DNA of 64,000 nt from a virus. Made by a program: the position numbers and the translations under genes. Of this stretch, positions 46,430-52,869 are shown piece by piece (positions within the stretch are counted from its first letter, which is position 1; each line of letters opens with the position of its first letter). The notes below the pieces were generated by a model. The model was not told the DNA's origin and did not search any database. It was given only the letters and a program-made list of their open reading frames with translations. The stretch spans positions 35,909 to 99,908 of the IMG/VR virus record IMGVR_UViG_3300031576_000010; one strand, written 5' to 3'.

Positions 46430-46936
46430 CTACTCCAACTCGATCTTGCCTAGCAGCGAGTTGATGTTGCACTTCTTGCAGGCGTGGTACCCGGCCGACG
46501 GTTCCTTCCGATACACGACCGACCCGCCGCACCCCTTGTGGATGCCGACCACGCGGCCGACCTCGCGTTCGGCCATAGCCCGAAGCTCCTGCTCGATCGT
46601 TTCCTGCTCGTCTTCCACGAGCTTTGACCAGATACGGTCAAGTCGCCCCGCGAAGTCGATCTCCTCGGTGCGCGTGAGCCCCTTTGTGGCGCGATGCAGC
46701 TCCATCTCGTTCAGCAGCTCCAAGTACCGCCTGGCGGGCTCGCTCAGCATGATCACACCACCCACCTTGAATGCAACGATCGCGAGCCATCCTGCGGGAG
46801 AGCAGGAGTCGCAACGCGCATGCGCATGGTCAGATCGCGGGCAGTGCTCCGAGCAGTCCGCATTCGGCGCGGGCACGGCGTTCATCGCCGTTTCGCAAAT
46901 CATGCATTCCAGGTTGATCACTTGCAGACTACCCAT
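46430..46936 (-). CDS. Cys-rich hypothetical protein
   Basis: Several CxxC motifs; start uncertain. Confidence 0.5.
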   Translation of the reverse strand: MGSLQVINLECMICETAMNAVPAPNADCSEHCPRSDHAHARCDSCSPAGWLAIVAFKVGGVIMLSEPARRYLELLNEMELHRATKGLTRTEEIDFAGRLDRIWSKLVEDEQETIEQELRAMAEREVGRVVGIHKGCGGSVVYRKEPSAGYHACKKCNINSLLGKIELE

Positions 46937-47306
46937 GACCCGCCATCCCGAGGCACTTGGCCGCGTCGAGCGCACGGCACCCGCACAGGCACGCCCGCTT
47001 GGCCACGTCCTTCAGGAACTTGGGCGCCCGCGCGACCGTCCCATCCCCCTCGATCCGGAACGTCCCGGCCCGCACCGACCAGCCCGCCAGGTACGGCTCC
47101 TTGGCCAACTCGTCGACGGTCGGCTTCCGAACCGTCTTGAGGATCGAGCCGGTGATGGCGCCGTCGGCGTGCTCGGTGCGCGAGACCTCCCAGAAGAACT
47201 CGGCGCCTTTCATGGTGTACGTGTTCTGTGAACCGGTCTGCGCGACGCACGCGGCTGTCCAGACATCCATCACGCGACCAGCGTCCTGACGGCAACTCCA
47301 ACCCAT
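46929..47306 (-). CDS. Early hypothetical protein
   Basis: Directly behind a promoter cassette. Confidence 0.7.
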   Translation of the reverse strand: MGWSCRQDAGRVMDVWTAACVAQTGSQNTYTMKGAEFFWEVSRTEHADGAITGSILKTVRKPTVDELAKEPYLAGWSVRAGTFRIEGDGTVARAPKFLKDVAKRACLCGCRALDAAKCLGMAGHG

Positions 47307-47313
47307 CTTCCCG

Positions 47314-47365
47314 CCTCCCTTCCAGCTTACAGATACAGCCTAGCACGACGCCGGGCAGGTGTCAA
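47314..47365 (-). promoter_or_regulatory. Early sigma70 promoter plus leader cassette (copy 2)
   Basis: TTGACA-N17-TAGGCT; 34-bp direct repeat. Confidence 0.85.
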
Positions 47366-47421
47366 GCGTTTTTTATAGGCGGCGGGTTTGTCGTGTTTCT
47401 GTCGGGTTCCGGAGCCTGGTC

Positions 47422-47940
47422 TCAGAAGCGCGGCAACGCCCCCTGCACTGGAGGACGGTGCTTGATGGACCGCTGGACGGAGTCGCGAAGGTCGTCGCGC
47501 GCCCGCTTGACCTGGAGGGCGGGGGGCAGCTCTTCGATGGCGGGTAGGTTGGGGGGCGCGAGCGAGGGGGCGAGCGCGTAGTCGGGCGGGTGGCCCCCGC
47601 CGCCAGCCGCCACCTGGGACCGCCGTCGGTCCCGGACCTCGTCGAGGATGATGAGGCGGGTGACGGTGTCGCGCAGCCCCATGACGATCAGGTCGCTCGA
47701 ACCGAGCCGCCGCTCTACGACGTCGTGGGCCCGGTCGAACCGGTCGTCCACCTGGTCGAACCGGCGGCCCGTCTCACGGCGCATCTCCTTGACCGACCGC
47801 TCGACCTTGTCGACATCCCGGCCGACGCCATCCAGCCGGGACGAGAGCTTGCCGTACGACACACCCAACCCCGCGACAAGCGCGAGAAAGCCCCAGATTT
47901 CCTTCCCCTGCTTCGCAAGGTCGGCAAGGCGCTTCAGCAC
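47422..47940 (-). CDS. Single-TM coiled-coil protein
   Basis: IWGFLALVAGLGV helix; TATACT just upstream of GTG (leaderless). Confidence 0.6.
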   Translation of the reverse strand: MLKRLADLAKQGKEIWGFLALVAGLGVSYGKLSSRLDGVGRDVDKVERSVKEMRRETGRRFDQVDDRFDRAHDVVERRLGSSDLIVMGLRDTVTRLIILDEVRDRRRSQVAAGGGGHPPDYALAPSLAPPNLPAIEELPPALQVKRARDDLRDSVQRSIKHRPPVQGALPRF

Positions 47941-47975
47941 CCCGCCAGTATACCGGAGCGGCAGTCAGGCTGGAA

Positions 47976-48164
47976 CTATGCCGCCTTCGCGAAAGGCCCC
48001 GGCTGCCCCTCACCGCCGACGGTGAGGTGGCGGATGAGCGAATCCTGGGCGCGAAACAGGTCACCCTTGGTGATGGCCAGCTCGTCCTGCGTGCGCTTCA
48101 GCTCCGCACGCAGCCGAGCCAACTCCCGCTCGACGGCCTCGGTGTATCCTTCCATGCCATCCAT
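47976..48164 (-). CDS. Small coiled-coil protein
   Basis: TTGACG...TACGAT upstream. Confidence 0.5.
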   Translation of the reverse strand: MDGMEGYTEAVERELARLRAELKRTQDELAITKGDLFRAQDSLIRHLTVGGEGQPGPFAKAA

Positions 48165-48208
48165 CGTAACACCCTGCTTGCGATCGTCAAGTCAATGGCT
48201 TGCGGGCG

Positions 48209-49789
48209 TCAAGCCTTCCCGGCCAGATCGATCCGCTCGATCACCGCGGCCCAGTGGCCGTCGCCCTGCATGAACGCGGCGATCACATCCCACACGGTGT
48301 CGCTCCAGCCCCCGACGTTGAGGATGTCGGGCCGGTCCTTCACCTGGGTGGAGGCGGACGGCTGAAGGTCCAGGCAGACCAGGCGGGCGCGCGGGTTCCG
48401 CACGCGGAACTCAGCCCACGCCTTCATCGTGTTGGTCCCGCCGGCCCCGTAGTAGCCGGAGGGCGTGTCGAGCCACGACTGGTTGTCCGACACGATGACG
48501 ATGAGGTCGGCCAACGCCTTCTCGTCGTTGAGCAGCCGGAGGGGCGCCGAACAGTCGGTCGCGCCGGGCTGCTCGGCGGCGATCCGGGCCGCGTTCGTCA
48601 TGACGGTGTCGCGCGGGTTGATGTCGGTCCGGCGGATCCCCTCGGCGAACGGGATGACGCGAGCGTCCCGGTTGTTCCGCAGGACTGCGGCCGACACAAG
48701 CGCCGCGACGTCGACGCACTGGACCACTGAGGTGGCACCCTTCCGCTCGCCAGTGACGGGCGAACGCATCGAGCCCGAGACGTCCGGGCAGACCACCACC
48801 TTGCCGTCGAACACCGGCACGTTCGCGACCGCCACCTCCATGGCGTCCTGGAGGGCCTCCCGGATCTCGTGTGGCAGACCGGTCGACATCTTGAACGCGA
48901 CCATGAGCTGGTAGGGGAACGCGCGAGCCCGCCGGATCGCGTCGGCGTCACGGAGCCGTGCAGCCACCTGGCTGACCACCGCCTTGTCCTTGAAGCAGCC
49001 GTGCCGCTCGAACGTCTGGAGGTTCATCCGGACGGTCTGCCACGACGCCGACAGCGCGATCGCGGTCCACTGGGCGGTCGACAGCTCCGCGGCGGTCAGC
49101 ATGAGGAACGGGACGTCCGGGACGTCGCCGGCCGGATCCTTCTTCCACCGCTCGAACTGCTGGATGAGCGCGGGCAGGTGGCCGGCCTCGTGGGGCTTGC
49201 CGATCAGGTAGCCGTAGAACGCCTTGTGCGCGTCGCTCGCGGGCCGCGGGTGGACCAGCTTGACGACGTCGGCGAGCGACGGATCGTTCCCGACGGACGC
49301 ACGGAACAGGTCGGTCGCCTGGCGGCCGTTGAGCCAGGTGGTCACCAGCGTCTTGGGCAGGGTCCCCAGGCTCTTGCGGCCCAACTGTCCGGACCGCAGC
49401 ATCTGGACGAAGTTGCGGACCATCCGGCCGTTGTCGATCACCCGGGGGAACACCCGCTTGAGGACGTCGCGGGCCTCCTGGGTGCCGCGCGCCGCGAGCA
49501 TGGCGCACAGGAGGGCGGGCATGTCCTTCATGAACCCGCGCTCGCGCGCGTAGACCGCCGCCTTCCCGACGAACACGGGGTCGACCTCGCGGGCCAACCG
49601 GATCGCGAGCGCGAGCTGGTCGTCGGCCTGCACGTAGAACGTGCTCGACAGGCAACCGGTCACCGCGAGCTGCGCGAGCGCGTCGCGCGCGGACCGCAGG
49701 TACGCGACGCCTCCCGCCTGGTTGATGGTGTCGGTTGCGGGTGGGGTCTGGCCCGGCGGGGCCGACCGGAACAACTGCTTGCTCGCCAT
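48209..49789 (-). CDS. rsr: Ro60/Rsr (TROVE plus vWA) RNA-binding protein
   Basis: NQAGGVAY, LAQLAVTGCL..TFY, MKDMPALL, GNDPSLAD, FPYQL, MIDAS DVSGSM, TDCS, SDNQSW; ATG at 49789 with GGAGG. Confidence 0.93.
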   Translation of the reverse strand: MASKQLFRSAPPGQTPPATDTINQAGGVAYLRSARDALAQLAVTGCLSSTFYVQADDQLALAIRLAREVDPVFVGKAAVYARERGFMKDMPALLCAMLAARGTQEARDVLKRVFPRVIDNGRMVRNFVQMLRSGQLGRKSLGTLPKTLVTTWLNGRQATDLFRASVGNDPSLADVVKLVHPRPASDAHKAFYGYLIGKPHEAGHLPALIQQFERWKKDPAGDVPDVPFLMLTAAELSTAQWTAIALSASWQTVRMNLQTFERHGCFKDKAVVSQVAARLRDADAIRRARAFPYQLMVAFKMSTGLPHEIREALQDAMEVAVANVPVFDGKVVVCPDVSGSMRSPVTGERKGATSVVQCVDVAALVSAAVLRNNRDARVIPFAEGIRRTDINPRDTVMTNAARIAAEQPGATDCSAPLRLLNDEKALADLIVIVSDNQSWLDTPSGYYGAGGTNTMKAWAEFRVRNPRARLVCLDLQPSASTQVKDRPDILNVGGWSDTVWDVIAAFMQGDGHWAAVIERIDLAGKA

Positions 49790-49823
49790 GCTGCACCTCC
49801 CCGTGGGAGTCACGTTAGTTAGT

Positions 49824-49881
49824 GCGTCGACCAGGATCGGTGAGACTTCATCATTGCTGTAGTCCCACCAGCATTCGACGC
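49824..49881 (-). ncRNA. Y-RNA-like (Yrl-type Ro-binding) hairpin, 58 nt
   Basis: GCGUCGA/UCGACGC terminal stem with GUCGAAUG 5' motif, internal loop, GGUGGGACU/AGUCUCACC stem; between promoter and Ro60 start. Confidence 0.7.
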
Positions 49882-49889
49882 GAAGTACA

Positions 49890-49918
49890 CCCGTACACCC
49901 GCGCGTTGCACGTGTCAA
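49890..49918 (-). promoter_or_regulatory. Sigma70-like promoter for the Y-like RNA and Ro60 (TTGACA-N17-TACGGG)
   Basis: Perfect -35; predicted +1 near the 5' end of the hairpin. Confidence 0.6.
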
Positions 49919-49936
49919 CCGAAATCGAGGTGATGG

Positions 49937-50299
49937 CTACGCAAACCCGAGTGCTCGCTCGACCGACCAGCCACGACGTAATCGTGCTCGAATCGTTGTT
50001 GGTTGAACGCCAGCAATACCAGCCCACTCGACGAGAGGGAAGGTCTTGCCGTGGTGCGTGAGCCTGACCGTGTTCCTACGGTTCCGAGCTTGGTCGCGAC
50101 GAGTTGCCCACCTGACATTCCCAGGCACGTAGCCGCGGGAGTTGTCGATACGCTCGATCGTGAGACCAACCGAAGGTCTCGGGCCAACATGCGCGTAAAA
50201 ACGAGCAAACCCGTTCGGTCCGCGCCACTCCGCTGCAACAGTCACCCCACGACCACCGTAGTCTTTGTAGCTACGGTCACGCGGCACACCGCAACGCCG
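49937..50299 (-). pseudogene. N-terminally truncated HNH homing endonuclease (YGGRG type)
   Basis: RRC..P...YKDYGGRGV.V, TIERIDN..GY.PGNVRWAT...QARNRR; upstream part replaced by the RNA-gene fragments. Confidence 0.75.
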
Positions 50300-50314
50300 C
50301 TGAGCTATCCCGGA
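50300..50314 (-). pseudogene. tRNA 5' fragment (TCCGGGATAGCTCAG)
   Basis: 7-nt acceptor strand plus TAGCTCAG D-arm start, 1 nt after the tmRNA CCA; no remainder seen. Confidence 0.45.
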
Positions 50315-50315
50315 A

Positions 50316-50400
50316 TGGTGGAGCCGGGGGTATCGAAACCCCGTCCGTGCATCCCTCGCGAGAAGCGTCTACGTGCGTGTCCGGGATCCGCCCGGCCGGT
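50316..50400 (-). ncRNA. ssrA: tmRNA (ssrA) 3'-terminal fragment
   Basis: ...GCACGTAGA...GGACGGGGTTTCGATACCCCCGGCTCCACCA matches the tmRNA 3' signature; no 5' end found. Confidence 0.75.
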
Positions 50401-50402
50401 TA

Positions 50403-50588
50403 CTACCAGGCGCACACGTCCGGCTCGACATCCAGCAAGTGGCGGAACCGATGGCACGCGTACACCGCGCCCAGCTCGCTCGCTTCCTTGTCGAGCAGGT
50501 CGCGGAACTCGTCTGGTGACCAAAACCGCAACGGCGCGTCCCGACGGTACGGGCACGATCGGCACGGCTCCTTGGTCCCGAGCTTCAC
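50403..50588 (-). CDS. Small Cys-rich protein (PCxxCPYRRD family)
   Basis: EPCRSCPYRRD...ACH...CAW. Confidence 0.55.
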   Translation of the reverse strand: MKLGTKEPCRSCPYRRDAPLRFWSPDEFRDLLDKEASELGAVYACHRFRHLLDVEPDVCAW

Positions 50589-50812
50589 GTCGCCACTTCC
50601 GGCTCGGAGAGGAGCCCGCGGTGCTTCTCGTGCATGTGACGCACGATGCGGCCGCGCGCCCTGTTGTACTTCGGGAGCCCTGAACGGTCACCGAGCCGGC
50701 GGAGCGCCTGGACGTCCACATCGAACGAGCAATGGCAACAGAGGATCCTGGTGATGTCGCCATCGCGTCGACCGTTGAGCCGCCGGACGGTGTAGTGACC
50801 GGTGGTGTCCAT
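50585..50812 (-). CDS. Small Zn-binding protein
   Basis: CCHC...H...H. Confidence 0.55.
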   Translation of the reverse strand: MDTTGHYTVRRLNGRRDGDITRILCCHCSFDVDVQALRRLGDRSGLPKYNRARGRIVRHMHEKHRGLLSEPEVAT

Positions 50813-50813
50813 C

Positions 50814-51053
50814 TCAGACCCTCTTCCGATCGAGGTACTCGGCCACCGCCTTGTCGCGCTCGCGCGTGTCGCCTGGCGCGGGCGAGCCCCACGTGCCGCT
50901 CTTGCAGCACTCGCGGCAGAGACCAAGCGCCGACATCTTCCGAAGCTCGGCGTCGGTGCCGTGCCGTTCGATCGGCTTGGCGCATGCGTCGCAGACGGTC
51001 ATCGCCCTACATCTCCACGCCGCGCGGTCCCTTGTCCTCGTACATGTCGTCAT
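50814..51053 (-). CDS. Small Zn-finger protein
   Basis: CDAC, CREC; behind promoter cassette 3. Confidence 0.55.
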   Translation of the reverse strand: MTTCTRTRDRAAWRCRAMTVCDACAKPIERHGTDAELRKMSALGLCRECCKSGTWGSPAPGDTRERDKAVAEYLDRKRV

Positions 51054-51060
51054 CGATCCG

Positions 51061-51120
51061 CCTCCCTTCCAGCCTTCCAGCTTACAAGACGACCGTAGCA
51101 CACCGGACTGCACGTGTCAA
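51061..51120 (-). promoter_or_regulatory. Early sigma70 promoter plus leader cassette (copy 3, diverged)
   Basis: TTGACA-N17-TACGGT; GTAAGCTGGAAGG with an 8-bp duplication, then GGAGG. Confidence 0.8.
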
Positions 51121-51127
51121 TCGTTTT

Positions 51128-51340
51128 CTAGTCCCATCCGCGAGGATCACCCCAGTCGAGCACGACGGCCATCCGGCTCATGTGCTCCCACTGGCACTTG
51201 GCCCGCAACCGTTCCTCCGGCCCACCACCCGCCCGCGCGACCTCCTGCTGAACCAGGTGAGCCCAGCGGCGCGCCTCGGGGGTTGCGCGACCGTCAGGCT
51301 CGAACAGGACAGACGGCCGCTCAGTTGCCAGCTTCTCCAT
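51128..51340 (-). CDS. Hypothetical protein
   Basis: Packed ORF. Confidence 0.55.
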   Translation of the reverse strand: MEKLATERPSVLFEPDGRATPEARRWAHLVQQEVARAGGGPEERLRAKCQWEHMSRMAVVLDWGDPRGWD

Positions 51341-51349
51341 CGTCGCCCC

Positions 51350-51868
51350 CTACTGCACCGTCGGGCCCGGCTCGGCCGACTCGGCCATCAGGTCGTCGTA
51401 CCGGAATTTCTTCCCGAGCGACTGGTCGATCGAGACGACGGCCCTCGGGTCGGGGTCGTAGCCACGGTAGACCCCCTGGTACAGGTAGATGTAGCGGAAC
51501 ACCTTGACGCGCCGCTCGACGAACGCGATGCCAAGATCGGTGATGCGCCAGAACCCAGACGAGTTGCCATCATCCTGCTGGTCGCCCCGCGGCTCCACCA
51601 GCCCCCAGTACCGGAGCTTCGCGTAGTCGCCGCCACGCGCGTCCGTCCTCGACTGGATGTGGATCCACCCGCCCCCGTTGGTCGCGTGGTACGTGCGGAT
51701 CAGCAGCACCGCCATCGTCGAGCCGATCGACCGCTTGTATCGCTGGGCCAGCCCGTCGCAACACGGGCACACCACCTGTTTGCCGGCGTTGACCTGCCAG
51801 AAGAACCGGTCGCGCACACCGCCGAAGGGATCGGTCACCTCCACCTTGATCCGAACCGGTCCATTCAT
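51350..51868 (-). CDS. Putative Zn-ribbon plus winged-helix DNA-binding protein
   Basis: CPCC; DYAKLRYWGLVE...WRITDLG..F. Confidence 0.6.
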   Translation of the reverse strand: MNGPVRIKVEVTDPFGGVRDRFFWQVNAGKQVVCPCCDGLAQRYKRSIGSTMAVLLIRTYHATNGGGWIHIQSRTDARGGDYAKLRYWGLVEPRGDQQDDGNSSGFWRITDLGIAFVERRVKVFRYIYLYQGVYRGYDPDPRAVVSIDQSLGKKFRYDDLMAESAEPGPTVQ

Positions 51869-52089
51869 TCGGGCGATACCTTCCTTTCCGGCTTGATCTT
51901 GACCCACACGGTCGCGCTGTACTCCACGTCATCGATCTCCAGGGCGGCGCCGCACTTCCGGCAATCGAAATCGTCGAACCCGGGCTTCAGACATCCGTCC
52001 GTCGTGATGTCCTGGATCGAGACGTCCGCGCCACACGCGGGGCACGGCACAGTGGTCTCGTCGCCGCACGTTCGCTCGTCAGCCATCAC
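51865..52089 (-). CDS. Zn-ribbon protein
   Basis: CPACG...CRKCG. Confidence 0.6.
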   Translation of the reverse strand: MMADERTCGDETTVPCPACGADVSIQDITTDGCLKPGFDDFDCRKCGAALEIDDVEYSATVWVKIKPERKVSPE

Positions 52090-52357
52090 GCTTCATCTTG
52101 AGCGCCGCCTCGATCCTGGCGACGAACTGTATGGACGCCCCAACCAACTCTTTGGCCACCTCGATGCCGCGATGGTGATGGATCCAGCCGGTCGGATCGA
52201 TCAGCGGGCCGATGCCGTGCGCATGTTCGAGGAACTGGGCTAGCCGCTTGAGCGGCAGGATGGCGAGCACGCGCGCCTGGTTGACGATCATGTCGGTCAC
52301 GTCCCTGGACGTGTCCCACGTGATCGCTGGCTCATCCTTCTCTTCCTGCTGTTCCAT
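52079..52357 (-). CDS. Hypothetical protein
   Basis: GAGGAG RBS. Confidence 0.55.
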   Translation of the reverse strand: MEQQEEKDEPAITWDTSRDVTDMIVNQARVLAILPLKRLAQFLEHAHGIGPLIDPTGWIHHHRGIEVAKELVGASIQFVARIEAALKMKRDG

Positions 52358-52517
52358 CAAACGCTCCTCTCGACCGCCCGACGAAGCGCGCCCGCCTGAT
52401 CGCGCAGCTCCGACATCTTGTCCGGGTCCACCCCCACCTTGACCGCGATGGCGAACAGGACATCGAGCACCAAAAAACGGAAGACCCATCGAGCTTCGTC
52501 CGTCCTGGCGCCCATTA

Positions 52518-52859
52518 TCAGCTCAGAATTTCACGTAGCAGGCCAGCCACCATCTGCCGTTGCTTTCTGGGGGTCATCATGAGGTAGAAGCAGAGCCTCG
52601 CTAGAACGACGGCTGTTGTCGCAGGCAGGCTCGCCAACTTGGCGATGTCAGTGATGTTGACGCGCAACAACCCCAACCGATTGGACACGGATGCGCAGCT
52701 ATCTGCCCGCGTAGCATGATAGGTGCTGTCCCCATGAGTCCAACGGATCCTACCACCTGAGCAGGGTTTGCCGGGTTCCGCCTTGCACGTCTGGCACTGA
52801 AGCATTGATGGGCTGAGAGAGTCACCTAGCGACTTGATTACGTCGTCGATTTCGATCAA
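52518..52859 (-). CDS. Hypothetical Zn-finger protein
   Basis: CQTCKAEPGKPC...H..R; TTG after GGAGG. Confidence 0.55.
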   Translation of the reverse strand: MIEIDDVIKSLGDSLSPSMLQCQTCKAEPGKPCSGGRIRWTHGDSTYHATRADSCASVSNRLGLLRVNITDIAKLASLPATTAVVLARLCFYLMMTPRKQRQMVAGLLREILS

Positions 52860-52869
52860 CTTTGGCCTC

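Noticed and set aside
49790-49918. ORF-track N-terminal extension of Ro60 starting at TTG 49918
   Set aside because: That TTG is the -35 hexamer; the extension covers the promoter and RNA hairpin, and ATG 49789 has a GGAGG RBS
50300-50400. Intact or permuted two-piece tmRNA, or a complete tRNA
   Set aside because: No matching GGGGCC/GGAGCC 5' acceptor strand in a non-coding context, no tag frame, and the tRNA stub lacks anticodon and T arms
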